A stretch of 64,000 nt of DNA from Deltaproteobacteria bacterium (GTDB lineage: Bacteria > Desulfobacterota > Binatia > Binatales > Binataceae). Positions 37,276-47,956 of the stretch are shown piece after piece; position 1 is the stretch's first letter; every line of letters begins with the position of its first letter. Where the stretch lies: assembly GCA_003161515.1 (NCBI GenBank), contig PMOH01000316.1, positions 1,210 through 65,209 of the forward strand. The letters run 5' to 3'. A program made the translations under genes and the position numbers. The notes under the pieces are model-generated. The model made no database searches. It was given only the letters and a program-made list of their open reading frames with translations, and was not told the origin of the DNA.

Positions 37276-38444
37276 TGGGCGCAGGACTTCCATCGACCGC
37301 AAATCTTCAATTCAAGAGCTTCGATCAACTCGTCGCCGATTTGAGCAATCGATGGGGCGGCGCTACGGGCACGACGCCGAATCTGAAGTCGGGGAGCGTG
37401 GCGAAGGCGCTATTCGAAACCTTCGCGACGCAGTTCGTTTACTTCGAGTTCTTGCTGCAGGCCATCCAAGCGATGGCACGCCTGTCGACCAGCGTGGGGT
37501 CGGACTGCGATAGCTTCGTCGGCGACTTCGGGATGCCTCGGTTGCCGGCGACCCTCGCGAGCGGATCCGTCACACTCGGCCTGTTGTCGCCGAGCATCGG
37601 CGTGACCCCGGTCGCGGTGGGGACGGTTGTTCAGAGCCAAGGCGGCGTATTCCAATATCAACTTGTGGCCGATCTAACGCAGCCTGCCTACAATGCCTCG
37701 CTCCAAGCGTATGTCTTTCAGCCCGGACAGACTTCGATAACAGCGACCGCTCAGGCGGTCCTTCCCGGATCTTCCCAGAACGTCCAAGCCTCAATCCTCA
37801 CGCAGCTCGCGCAGGCCGGAAGCGGCGTCGACACGGTCACTAATCCTTCGCCCATCCAGAACGGCAAGGACCAGGAGACCGACGCGCAACTCAAGGCCAG
37901 GTTCGTTCTCTTTATCGCGGCGTTTTCGGAGGCAACCGAGGCGGCCATTCTCTTCGCGATCGCGTCGACCCAGCAAGGACTCGATGTGGCCCTGCTCGAT
38001 AATACGAATACCACCGGCAATCCGGAGCCAGGCTTTTTTACGGCGGTGGTCGAGGACGGCAGCGGCACTTTGCCGCTCGCGCTGCAAACCGCGCTCTACA
38101 ACGCGATCGACGTGGTGCGCGCCTTTACTATTGAGTTTGCGGTCATCGGGCCGACGCTGATCAGCCCTACCGTGGCGCTGCCGATCCACGTCGCTGCAGG
38201 AGCCAACGTCGGCCTTGTTACGCAGGCAGTGGCAACCGCGATCTTGGACTATGTGAATTCGCTAACGATCGGCCAATCTCTCAATTTAAGTCGGCTGATA
38301 CTGGTAGCCGAGGATGCGGACCCGAACGTCGCGAACGTGAACAGCGAGGGCGTCCTAATCAATGGCCTCGATAGCGACTTGGTGGTGAATCAGGTATCGC
38401 TGATCAGGCTCACATCCGGGAATTTGACGGTGAGCACTTTCTAA
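37275..38444 (+). CDS. baseplate J-like protein
   Basis: GSVAKALFE, DSFVGDFG.PRLPA, NGKDQETDAQLKAR. Confidence 0.92.
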   Translation: MGAGLPSTANLQFKSFDQLVADLSNRWGGATGTTPNLKSGSVAKALFETFATQFVYFEFLLQAIQAMARLSTSVGSDCDSFVGDFGMPRLPATLASGSVTLGLLSPSIGVTPVAVGTVVQSQGGVFQYQLVADLTQPAYNASLQAYVFQPGQTSITATAQAVLPGSSQNVQASILTQLAQAGSGVDTVTNPSPIQNGKDQETDAQLKARFVLFIAAFSEATEAAILFAIASTQQGLDVALLDNTNTTGNPEPGFFTAVVEDGSGTLPLALQTALYNAIDVVRAFTIEFAVIGPTLISPTVALPIHVAAGANVGLVTQAVATAILDYVNSLTIGQSLNLSRLILVAEDADPNVANVNSEGVLINGLDSDLVVNQVSLIRLTSGNLTVSTF

Positions 38445-38449
38445 CAAAC

Positions 38450-39910
38450 ATGCCTGAGATCCCACAGTTAGCGCAGAGCGACCTGCTCAATCAGTTTCTC
38501 AGCCTCTTCCCTGAAGGTTGGGCGGGTGATGACGCGCGCGGCCCCGGCGGCAAGCTCTGGGCTCTATATCAGTCTCTCGCTGGGGGACTCGCGGACCAAC
38601 TTGGTGCCAATCCGAAAATTGCGGGCGCGCCGACAATTCAGTTCGCGCGGGACCTCACCAGGATATCCACGGCGACGGGAGTGGGACTCGATACCCTCGC
38701 GCAAGACTTCTTTGGTGCCACTTTTCCGCGGATGCCGACGGAGAACGATGTCTCGTACCGCGCGCGCATCCTTGCGGCTCTCTTGGTCCCGCGCGTTACC
38801 AGGCCGGCGATCTCAAACGCGATCGCAAAGCTGACCGGACAGATTCCCCGGATGACTGAGCCGTGGAACCCCGGCGATACTTCGGCCTACGACGAGCTAT
38901 CATTCTTCGATACCGACTACGCGAATGCCCCAGCGCGATATGGCGATGAGTTGCCCTATCAAGGAATGATCGAGCTGAACGTGCCCCTGTTTTCGATCAC
39001 TGGCGCGCAAGCGATATGGGGCTTCGACGACGGGGCGGCCTTCGACGTTCCGACCTCGGCGTACTTTGATTTCACTCAAGAACTGAGCCCGACATTCGAA
39101 GCCGAGGTGGCAGCCCTCATTGCCGCCTTCAAGGCCGAGGGAACGCTGGTTTGGCTGCGCAATTGGGCCGCTGTCCCCTCCGGGCTTCTTGGTAGCACTG
39201 CGCTGGGCGTCATAGCGTTTTTGCAAGGGGCCGTGCTCGCCGGGCAAGTAGGCACGGGCAGCACCTTCCTATTACGAAATCTGAACGGAAAGTTCACGAT
39301 CCTGCTTGAGACCCCATCCTGGATGACGTCGACGTGGATCGTGAGAGAGGGCGTGAACTTCACCGTTGCATTCTCGGATGTCGCTCCCGCTGCGGGGCAA
39401 TTGGGTTGGCTCGCTCTCGGATTCGATCGTAGCTTTGTTGTACCGGTCAACCAAGGCCAGACACGCGTCGAACTAATCATTCCGACAGGGCCGGGGTCGC
39501 CATGGCAGTCGGGTGTTGTGAGCAACCAGGTGCCCGCTTTGCTCCCGCTGATCACCGCTCTTTTCAATACTCGGTGTTGGATCGACACCTTGGCCGTATT
39601 GACCGGCTCGGTGACAGTAGGAATAAGTCTCTCGGCACCAGGTCCAGGCAATCTTTACGTCGTGCCGCTGCCCGCGGGCGGGCCAATTATAACCGGACGC
39701 ACCATCATTCCAGCGGAGGGCGTGACAGCCACAGTGCCGATCACCGGGATACCCGCTGGCGCTGCGTATGCGGTGATGACCATCCCGACTTGGAATACGG
39801 AAGTGGCGATTACCCAGAAAAACAACGGCAGTTTTGTGGTAGCGTTTAGCGATCCGGCGCCTTCGACCGGAGTGGGCACACTTTTTTGGGCAGTGGTGGA
39901 GGGAGTCTAG
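38450..39910 (+). CDS. baseplate wedge protein (gp48/gpI-like) with C-terminal extension
   Basis: TRISTATG..LD..AQDFFG..PR...ENDVSYRARI. Confidence 0.75.
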   Translation: MPEIPQLAQSDLLNQFLSLFPEGWAGDDARGPGGKLWALYQSLAGGLADQLGANPKIAGAPTIQFARDLTRISTATGVGLDTLAQDFFGATFPRMPTENDVSYRARILAALLVPRVTRPAISNAIAKLTGQIPRMTEPWNPGDTSAYDELSFFDTDYANAPARYGDELPYQGMIELNVPLFSITGAQAIWGFDDGAAFDVPTSAYFDFTQELSPTFEAEVAALIAAFKAEGTLVWLRNWAAVPSGLLGSTALGVIAFLQGAVLAGQVGTGSTFLLRNLNGKFTILLETPSWMTSTWIVREGVNFTVAFSDVAPAAGQLGWLALGFDRSFVVPVNQGQTRVELIIPTGPGSPWQSGVVSNQVPALLPLITALFNTRCWIDTLAVLTGSVTVGISLSAPGPGNLYVVPLPAGGPIITGRTIIPAEGVTATVPITGIPAGAAYAVMTIPTWNTEVAITQKNNGSFVVAFSDPAPSTGVGTLFWAVVEGV

Positions 39911-41844
39911 TGAACCGACCCTTAATATATACCGGCGAGATCATACGAACTTTCGACATAGCCTCGGCGTGGCGCGACGCACTCGAAGCCCTCGCTCAAC
40001 TAACCGAGGACTTGCTCGGCGGTTCTACGTCCGTAGCCGCCGGACTCGCAGCGACGCAGCAATCGCCGGAAAGCCTGAGCATCAACATCGCGCCGGGGTC
40101 TTTGTATCTTCTCACAACCGTCGATCCGACCGCCGCGGGCGCGCTGCCCGCGTCGGCGGATATCGCGATGGTGCAGGGTATTCTCGCCGCACAGACGGCT
40201 TTGCTGCTGAGCACATCAGGTCTTGGCGCCGGGCAGAATCGCTACGCGCTAATCGAAGCGACTGTAGTTTTCAACGACGGCGTTCGCGTCGGGGATCCTT
40301 CGGGCGGCGTATTGCCCTTCTACAATTCTCAAAACCCGGCACAGCCCCTTCAGGGACAAGGCGGATCGGGCGGCGTGCTCAATACCGAGCGGTTCGCGAT
40401 AGTCCAATTTCAGATCAATTATGGGGCTCCCGCAGCGACCGGATCGGAAGCACCCCCGAATCCCGATACCAACTATGTGCCTCTATTCTTGATTGATCTG
40501 ACCTTCGGGCAAACCCAGATCAGTCAGGGTGAGATTTTGGTCGCGGGCCCGAGCGTCGGTACGGGTGTACCGAACAATTATCCACAGGCTCCGTTTTTGG
40601 CAGGCTTACTCAACTCTCATCATGGAGGTCTGGCCGGGCAGGCTCCGCAGGTGCGCCTCGCGGCTGCTGGCGGAAATCCTCAAGAAGTCCAAGGAATTCT
40701 TCCGCTGGCCAATCTGCCGGTGACGAACACAGTCGGTGGGGCCGTGATCCCCGTTATCAGAGTGGGAGCTGCGACACCTTCAGGGAATGTCGCGGGCAAC
40801 ACAAACGATCTCTATTGGTCGACGGGATCCGGCAGTCTTTACGTTTGCACCGCCAGCGGAACGGCGTCGACCGCAGTCTGGACAATCGCGGTGACGGTGG
40901 CTGGCGCCGCCCCTACGGGCGCGGCCGGCGGTGCCTTGAATGGCTCGTTTCCGAACCCTGGTATTATCAAAGTCCCCGATGGCGCTGGCGGCGGAGGCGT
41001 GACAGTTGATCCGGCGACGGCCGCAGCGGCAGGAAAGGTTATTCAGGCTTCTAGCTCGAGCGCGGCCGCATGGGCGACGCTTCCGACGCCAAACGCCTTG
41101 GCGGGCGCGCTGAACCTTCGCGGCGACCCCGATGGAAGCAATCCGACGACTACCTTTGATATCACCGCCGACCAGTTGATCTTGCGGGTTCCTGGAACGG
41201 GATTGGCGATCTTAATCACGGCCTTCGCCGCGAATGTCATAATCAATGGCTCGCAGTCCGGATCGCAGGCCAACGGCCGAGATCAAGCCGGGAATTTCAG
41301 CGCGAATACTTTCGTGCATCTGTACGCGATCGGCGGAAATGCGAACACCCCCGCGCTGCTCCTGAGCAACACGGCTCCGCCGACCGGTCCGACCTTGCCG
41401 GGAACTTACTCGGCATGGACGTTTCTCGGGACTTTCCGGCTCGGAGGGACCGGGTTCTTCACGGCGCAGCGATTGCGCGGTTCGAAGATCTACTATGATG
41501 CGCAACAGACGACACCTCTTGTAGCCGGGACGGCGACCACCGAAACCAGCGAGTCGATCAGCTCTCAGGTTCCAGCGATAGCGCTGAGAGCCACGCTGAA
41601 TCTGTTCGGCGCCGCCGCCCCCGGCTCCGGCATCGACGTTTGGGCTTCGATTCGAATCTCAAGCGGCAATGAGTTCTTCCGCTTCGCCTTCAGGGAGGTT
41701 GTTTCGGTGGTTTCGGAGCTAAGCGCGCAGATCGACATACCTAATGTGGGGCAAGCGTTTTTGTATCTGTGGAATACTGGAACCGGGAGTCCCGCCTTGA
41801 CTGCATGGGTGGGTGGCTACGAGGTGCCGAATGGATCGCACTAA
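39910..41844 (+). CDS. tail fibre protein
   Basis: After the baseplate genes; N-terminal attachment region (LPFYNSQNP) and Gly/Ala/Thr-rich shaft. Confidence 0.75.
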   Translation: MNRPLIYTGEIIRTFDIASAWRDALEALAQLTEDLLGGSTSVAAGLAATQQSPESLSINIAPGSLYLLTTVDPTAAGALPASADIAMVQGILAAQTALLLSTSGLGAGQNRYALIEATVVFNDGVRVGDPSGGVLPFYNSQNPAQPLQGQGGSGGVLNTERFAIVQFQINYGAPAATGSEAPPNPDTNYVPLFLIDLTFGQTQISQGEILVAGPSVGTGVPNNYPQAPFLAGLLNSHHGGLAGQAPQVRLAAAGGNPQEVQGILPLANLPVTNTVGGAVIPVIRVGAATPSGNVAGNTNDLYWSTGSGSLYVCTASGTASTAVWTIAVTVAGAAPTGAAGGALNGSFPNPGIIKVPDGAGGGGVTVDPATAAAAGKVIQASSSSAAAWATLPTPNALAGALNLRGDPDGSNPTTTFDITADQLILRVPGTGLAILITAFAANVIINGSQSGSQANGRDQAGNFSANTFVHLYAIGGNANTPALLLSNTAPPTGPTLPGTYSAWTFLGTFRLGGTGFFTAQRLRGSKIYYDAQQTTPLVAGTATTETSESISSQVPAIALRATLNLFGAAAPGSGIDVWASIRISSGNEFFRFAFREVVSVVSELSAQIDIPNVGQAFLYLWNTGTGSPALTAWVGGYEVPNGSH

Positions 41845-44800
41845 GCTGGGCACGAGGATACTCTTCGCGGTCGTGATGCTGCTGATGCTGGCCAGCAGCG
41901 CGCGCGCGGACGTGGGCATCTTCCGTCGGAACAACTGCCAGAGCGGTCCGGACGCAGTGACGGCTCCTGTCAACGATCAGACGTGGTGCTTCGACTCGGC
42001 GACCGACAGCCTGTTGCTCTACACTGGAAACGCGTGGGTCAAACAGACCGGGGCAAGTGCCCTCGGCAGTCTCGCAGGAGACACCACCGGGCCGGCAGGC
42101 GCGAACATCACCCATCAGTGGCACCGCACGACCGTCTTGGTGACGACGGCGATGTCCCCCTACACGCAGCTTAGCACCGACTCCTATATAGACTGCCTGC
42201 CAAACACGGGGGCCGTAACTATCAATCTGTTAGTGACCTCCGATGTCGGGAACCCCACCGGGAACGTCCTGACGGTCAAGAACCAACTTCCAGCGAGTGC
42301 GGCCTGCAACATCGTTCCTCACGCTGGAGATACCATCGATGGTGCGTCGGGCACTTATGCCGTCACCAGCCCGCAACCGCTAAATCTTCACAATGCGAAT
42401 ATCGCTGGAACAGGTTCGTGGGAACGATGGTCGGGAATTCTCCCCGGCACGACCTGCGTAAATCAGTTCGCGAGCGCGATCGACACCACGGGAACGTTGA
42501 CGTGCTCGAGCGTCAATTTGTCCAACTCGGTAACCGGAACCCTGCCGAACGCCAATGGTGGAAGCGGCACCGTCTATGGAGCGCCCGCGTATTTCTCCCA
42601 GATTTCCAATGCGGGCGGCGCGATCGGCACGACCGCCAACAAGCTCGCCAAAGTGACCGGTAATCCCTCGACGGCCCTTATTTCAACCGCGGGCGATACG
42701 TCTGGCGCGTTGGGCATCGTTACCGCCGGCGCTGGCATCGGTGGAACGGCCACGATTCAGATGTCGGGCCTCACCAATTGCGTATTCGATAATTCGACCT
42801 TGGCGGGCGACTATGTGGCTATCAGCCCGAGCGTCGCGGGGGATTGCCACGACGCCGGAGCTTCTTTCCCGACCAGCGGTCAAGTCCTGGGGCGCGTGCT
42901 ATCGACCAACGGCTCGGCGGGCACCTATCAGATGTTCCTGTTTGCGGCCGAGCAACAAGGATCGTCGGCGTCTAGCAGCGGGACTGTCACCAGCGTCGGC
43001 GTGTCGGTTGCGTCAGTGCCGGAGATCGCGGTGTCGGGCGGACCCATCACCGGCGCGGGGACATTCACCTTTACGAAGAACTCCGAGAGCGCGAATACGT
43101 TCGCCGGTGGCCCTGCCAGTGGTGGTGCGACGGCATGGGCTTTCCGCCTCCTGGTAGGTGCGGACCTTCCGAATCCTTCGAGTACCAGCTTGGGCGGTAT
43201 TCAAAGCATCGTCGCGCAGACTCACAAATGGATCAATTCGATCTCGACCTTGGGCGTGCCGAATCTCGTGCAGCCTGCGTGCGCTGACCTCTCGGATTCG
43301 AGTCCATCGTGTTCGACCGATACCACGAACGCGGCGAATATCAGCTCGGGAACTTTGGCGGCAGCGCGGCTTCCGAATCCCTCGGCCACGACGATCGGCG
43401 GAGTCGAGAGCGAAGTAAATTCAGCGCACTTCTTTCTGACTGGCATCACGACGCTCGGTGTTGTATCGAATGCCCAGCCTGACTTCAGCGATCTCACGGG
43501 CACAGCGACCGACGCTCAACTCGCGAATGGCTATTCCGGGACAGGCGCGTGCGCCGCGCATAAGTGGGCGAGCACGCTCAATCGCAACGCGATCCAGACC
43601 TGCACGCAGCCGGACGCGAGCGACATCACCAGCCTGGTCGCGTCCGCGACGACGGACACAACCAACGCATCCAACATATCGAGCGGGACTCTTGCGCAGG
43701 CGCGACTTTCCGCCGGCTATGCAGCGCCGACGGCACATTCGTTTATCATTGGGCAAGGAACAAGCGCCCCGACAGCGTTGAATTGCGCGAGCGGCACCTT
43801 CGCGTATGGGCAGGGAGCGAGCGTGGACCCGATATGCCATACGCTCGGTGCGGCTGACATCAGCGGGGCATTCGGAAGTCAGACGGCGAATACGTTTTAC
43901 TCGGCACCGAACGGAAGCTCGGGAACGCCAAACTTTCGCACGATCGCTGGTGCGGACCTTCCTAATCCCTCCGCGAGTTTGCTCGGTGGCACCGAGAGCA
44001 AGGCGAGCGCGGCGCATTTCTTTCTCACCGGCATTTCGACATCGGGCGTACCCTCTTCAGCGCAACCTGATTTCACAGATCTAACTGGTGGTGCTACCGC
44101 CGCACAAATCTTAACCGCGCTCGCATCTCCACCGCCTGAGGGCACCGGCACGCCGAACACAGGTATCTTCAGTCCGTTCAAAGGTTCTGGGAACGGCGCA
44201 ACTATAGATACTACGGTTGCGAATCCATTTATAGGCGGGATTAGCGGAGTGCGCGCCAATGAGAAGAGCGTGGATGCTTTTGGTGCACCGACTGGTACAA
44301 CCGGAACCTCACTTACTTTGAATGGCACAACGACCTTGACTATGGCGGGCGGAGTGCCTGCCACTTGGCTCCCTAATACTTATTTTGCAATTCCTAAGGG
44401 TGGCCCTGCGCCTATGGTAAACACTCCGAGTGTCACCACCAACGGCACCACAACCGCAATTCTGATGCAACTTACCGGCGATAATACCGGCGGAGGAACC
44501 AACGCTGCTCGCGTCAAGGCAGGTTGCGCCACGCCAATAGTTAAGGTGTATTGCCCAGGAGGCAGCACAACTTGCACAGTGACTAACCAGAGTGATTTTG
44601 AAGATCCGTCCATAGTGGGGGGTGCTAAATCTTGCATCGACATCGCAGGCCAGACCGTAGGTGGTTCAACTCACTGCGCAGGAGGGACGGGGACCACTTT
44701 CCAGGTTGTCGCTATAAGTGGTTCGGATTCGATTATTCTCGACGTTGCACCAACTTCAACAAGTGCTGCGGCAGTGACGTTCAATGCCCCAACCGCTTGC

Positions 44801-47005
44801 GGTACGACCAGACGAGCACAGACCTTTGCCTGCGACGAGTATCATGGCTGTTCGGGTCCGACTGCCGTTCAACAGATTACCAACGGAGCGGCAGCACTCA
44901 ATCACGGAAACTCGTTGCTGTGGCAGTCGCCTTCGTGGCCGACAGGAACTCCGATCACAGTTAGCGGAGTTTCGTGGGCAAGTGGGTTGGTTACGGCTAC
45001 TACTTCAAGTCCTCACGGTTGGGTTGGAAATCCTTTTCTTACGATAGCGTCCACTAACGGCAATTTGGTTTATACAGGTCCGGTGACTATCACTGGGGCC
45101 AGCACGTTTGCTTATCCTGTCGCCGCAACTCCAGGTGCTGTGGGTACTACAACCGCCGCCCTTGAGGCCAGCTTCGTAGGTTACTGCGGATGTACGGGAG
45201 CAGCCTGTACGCCAGTGCTTCGGCAATCAAAAACGCCGGAATATACTTCTAATAACGGGGAGGTAGAGCCGTTCAACAGTGATTTGTATGCATTCTTAGA
45301 TGCTCACACACCAGCCTTTCCGAAGAATCTAAGCATCTTCGATTTTGATAGACCGTGGGCCTACGATCCTCAAAACAGCGGGACTGTGTGCCCTGCTACG
45401 GCCTCGAACGGAACTCTCTACGGGAAAATCATCTCGACGACCTCAACCACGGTAGTTTTTACGAATCTCTATAACACTACGATTCAGACTGGAAGCTTTA
45501 CCGGATACTTGAATGCCGGACCCCATATCCAAGCTACGAGTGTTGCTTCTGGTGCTGGCAACGACGCTTCCGGTAAGACATATCTTCCAAGGGCGATATA
45601 TCCGATCTTTGGTAATCCAGGAAATATCAACAGCGTTGGTATTCAAACTCTTAACGTTCTAACGCCTGAATTTGAAAGCTCGGGCAATGATAGTGTCGAA
45701 TACACCGCAAATACTGGTGTTGGCGGAAGTGAATTGGTGCCGATGGAATTCGGCATGACGATGTTTGGGCTTTATCAAACATTGAGTCCACAACTGTCCG
45801 GTCTTACAATGATCAACGATGGTGGCGCTACCCCGTCGATCTATATTGATTTTGATGGCTTCGATGTAGGTAACGGGAACGGGGTTGGGCACACGCCAAG
45901 TCGGATGCAGTTAAGTCATATTCATACGAGTGCTGCTCACATCGGACTGCGTAAGGCCAACATCAATAATCAGAATGTTGAAAACGGCTTATTTACCGAT
46001 GTCGTTCTTGGACCAGGAGGGACAAGCCTGAATAGCGACATCTCGTGGTGGAATGGAAATGGCAACGCGCTTGAAGATACGTGGATCAATAGTAATTGGG
46101 ACGCGAGCATAGGAGTCGCAGACAACTTAGCCGGCTTCACTCGTATATCTACCTCATGCTCACAAGTCGGAGCGGTCTGTATTTGGGAACTGGGTGGCTA
46201 CGGCGGACCTATATCGATTACTGGCTACAATCGAGATGAGCATCTTGAGAGGGAGTACTTCGGTGCTGGTTTAGGCGCATTAGGCGCTGGTCAAAATGTT
46301 TCTATTTCTGGAGCGGAGTTTACGGACGCAACGGTTCCCCCCGATGGGATGTACTTCGCGATGACGGGAGCCGGAACAGTCAGGATTACGGACTCAGAGT
46401 TCGATCAAGTTCCGGCTGGCATACAGAGCGATTACTCTACAGTGTTATTTCCAAATGGAGTGCTCTGGCCTGGTCAGTCAAACGGGGCTACTGGGGGTTG
46501 GACTATTTCTGATGGCACCCAGTGGGGTCCGGGGTTCTGTACGGGAGCTGCCTTTAATCAAGTCAATGGTGGAGAAGAGCGCGCAGATAGGTGTCTTAAT
46601 TCGTCTGGCATAGTCCAACCCGTCTCTACCATGTACGAGAGAACTTCTGGCAAAGGATTTCAATTTGGACTACCAAGTGGGGGTGGGAAAGGTCAAGGCA
46701 CAATTAACGTACAGAATGGCTTATATCTCAACGGTAGTCTTAAGGGGATACCGTTCGCGTCGGCTACGATGTCAGTTACTGCCCCTACAGCAGTCGGTTG
46801 CGTAGATGGGACTGTTGCGGTAGCCGGTTCAACTATAGGCATGTCGGTGAATTGCACACCGCAAACAAATCCTACAGGGACAGGCGGACTAATTGCTCTC
46901 TATGGATTTCTCTCCGCTGCCGGGACAGCGGATTGCCACGTCTGTAATCTAGCGGTCGAAACATCTCCACCGGCAACCACTTATAACGTCACGGTCTCAA
47001 ATTGA
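41831..47005 (+). CDS. giant (about 1720 aa) fibre/spike-like protein with signal peptide, internal repeats and beta-helix-like C-terminus
   Basis: ILFAVVMLLMLASSARA|; repeated LPNPS...LGG..S...HFFLTGI...QPDF.DLTG; Cys-rich. Confidence 0.75.
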   Translation: MDRTKLGTRILFAVVMLLMLASSARADVGIFRRNNCQSGPDAVTAPVNDQTWCFDSATDSLLLYTGNAWVKQTGASALGSLAGDTTGPAGANITHQWHRTTVLVTTAMSPYTQLSTDSYIDCLPNTGAVTINLLVTSDVGNPTGNVLTVKNQLPASAACNIVPHAGDTIDGASGTYAVTSPQPLNLHNANIAGTGSWERWSGILPGTTCVNQFASAIDTTGTLTCSSVNLSNSVTGTLPNANGGSGTVYGAPAYFSQISNAGGAIGTTANKLAKVTGNPSTALISTAGDTSGALGIVTAGAGIGGTATIQMSGLTNCVFDNSTLAGDYVAISPSVAGDCHDAGASFPTSGQVLGRVLSTNGSAGTYQMFLFAAEQQGSSASSSGTVTSVGVSVASVPEIAVSGGPITGAGTFTFTKNSESANTFAGGPASGGATAWAFRLLVGADLPNPSSTSLGGIQSIVAQTHKWINSISTLGVPNLVQPACADLSDSSPSCSTDTTNAANISSGTLAAARLPNPSATTIGGVESEVNSAHFFLTGITTLGVVSNAQPDFSDLTGTATDAQLANGYSGTGACAAHKWASTLNRNAIQTCTQPDASDITSLVASATTDTTNASNISSGTLAQARLSAGYAAPTAHSFIIGQGTSAPTALNCASGTFAYGQGASVDPICHTLGAADISGAFGSQTANTFYSAPNGSSGTPNFRTIAGADLPNPSASLLGGTESKASAAHFFLTGISTSGVPSSAQPDFTDLTGGATAAQILTALASPPPEGTGTPNTGIFSPFKGSGNGATIDTTVANPFIGGISGVRANEKSVDAFGAPTGTTGTSLTLNGTTTLTMAGGVPATWLPNTYFAIPKGGPAPMVNTPSVTTNGTTTAILMQLTGDNTGGGTNAARVKAGCATPIVKVYCPGGSTTCTVTNQSDFEDPSIVGGAKSCIDIAGQTVGGSTHCAGGTGTTFQVVAISGSDSIILDVAPTSTSAAAVTFNAPTACGTTRRAQTFACDEYHGCSGPTAVQQITNGAAALNHGNSLLWQSPSWPTGTPITVSGVSWASGLVTATTSSPHGWVGNPFLTIASTNGNLVYTGPVTITGASTFAYPVAATPGAVGTTTAALEASFVGYCGCTGAACTPVLRQSKTPEYTSNNGEVEPFNSDLYAFLDAHTPAFPKNLSIFDFDRPWAYDPQNSGTVCPATASNGTLYGKIISTTSTTVVFTNLYNTTIQTGSFTGYLNAGPHIQATSVASGAGNDASGKTYLPRAIYPIFGNPGNINSVGIQTLNVLTPEFESSGNDSVEYTANTGVGGSELVPMEFGMTMFGLYQTLSPQLSGLTMINDGGATPSIYIDFDGFDVGNGNGVGHTPSRMQLSHIHTSAAHIGLRKANINNQNVENGLFTDVVLGPGGTSLNSDISWWNGNGNALEDTWINSNWDASIGVADNLAGFTRISTSCSQVGAVCIWELGGYGGPISITGYNRDEHLEREYFGAGLGALGAGQNVSISGAEFTDATVPPDGMYFAMTGAGTVRITDSEFDQVPAGIQSDYSTVLFPNGVLWPGQSNGATGGWTISDGTQWGPGFCTGAAFNQVNGGEERADRCLNSSGIVQPVSTMYERTSGKGFQFGLPSGGGKGQGTINVQNGLYLNGSLKGIPFASATMSVTAPTAVGCVDGTVAVAGSTIGMSVNCTPQTNPTGTGGLIALYGFLSAAGTADCHVCNLAVETSPPATTYNVTVSN

Positions 47006-47160
47006 GAGGATAAGGATTCGGGCGGGCTGTGCGGCGGAACTTTGGAAAGGGTTACTGCCCGCCCGATGACTCAGAAAGATACTTATCCGAGGCACCCTGA
47101 TCAAGTAACATGCGCGATGGACCGAATCACGTATGCGTCCGTCAATTCGGAGCAACCCTG

Positions 47161-47676
47161 ATGTCATTTGCCAAGGCACTCAACTTCACTCTCATGGACT
47201 TGGAAGGCGGCTACGTGCTTACCGACCGCCCCGGAGACGCGGGGGGCCCCACCTATGCGGGCATCACCGAACGTCTCGCGGTCGCGGCTGGCTATCAATG
47301 GCATCCGCCCTTTGACCCCGTCGAAGTAGCCAACATCTATCGCTCGCAGTTCTGGGATACTTGCCGCTGTAGTGAACTCCCCGAGCCTTCCGATGCCGTC
47401 CTGTTTCAATGCGCCGTGAACATCGGGCAGGGCGAGGCGCTTAAGATCGACCACGAAGAAGTAAAGATATTTCAACGCGCGATAGGCGTGACCCCTGATG
47501 GTGATTTTGGACCGAAGACACTGGCGGCGGCCCTGTCAGTGGCGCGCGACACGCTCCCCGACCTGATCCTAGAGGAGCAGGACGCGTACTATCGCATGAT
47601 AGGCGGGTCTAACGTGAAGGGCTGGCTCAACCGCACCGAGAAGGTCCGCAAGGCGATCGCTACCGGGGTGTTGTAG
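47161..47676 (+). CDS. endolysin, glycoside hydrolase family 108 with peptidoglycan-binding region
   Basis: EGGYV...DAGGPTYAGIT, IY...FWD, DGDFGPKT, KGWLNR. Confidence 0.92.
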   Translation: MSFAKALNFTLMDLEGGYVLTDRPGDAGGPTYAGITERLAVAAGYQWHPPFDPVEVANIYRSQFWDTCRCSELPEPSDAVLFQCAVNIGQGEALKIDHEEVKIFQRAIGVTPDGDFGPKTLAAALSVARDTLPDLILEEQDAYYRMIGGSNVKGWLNRTEKVRKAIATGVL

Positions 47677-47953
47677 GAGGTGCCCCTGCCGCTGCTGCGG
47701 AATCTGCACGCTGCTGAGGCGATCCCGATTGCTTCTTTCTCACCCGCGAGAATGAAACGGCCAGATACTTCGACAGAGCTTTGTTCGCAGCCTCTTTCAC
47801 CCACGCGCTAATCGGGAATCTGAACGTAAACTTGCAGTGCGGGCAGGTGATCTCTCCGTTGCCCTGGTAGTCGGGATCGGGCTTGCCGGGCCGCTGTCGC
47901 TTGTTCTTGTAGAGCGCTCCGGAGTTGGGGTAGTAATTTCGCTGCGCCTGCAT
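47660..47953 (-). CDS. small protein with PDY.G motif (possible ssDNA-binding)
   Basis: GALYKNK...PDYQG...ISAW...YLAVSF. Confidence 0.6.
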   Translation of the reverse strand: MQAQRNYYPNSGALYKNKRQRPGKPDPDYQGNGEITCPHCKFTFRFPISAWVKEAANKALSKYLAVSFSRVRKKQSGSPQQRADSAAAAGAPPTTPR

Positions 47954-47956
47954 TTC

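Noticed and set aside
39910..47005. Diversity-generating retroelement acting on the fibre genes
   Set aside because: No reverse transcriptase and no template/variable repeat pair differing at adenines was seen; the repeats are protein-module duplications.
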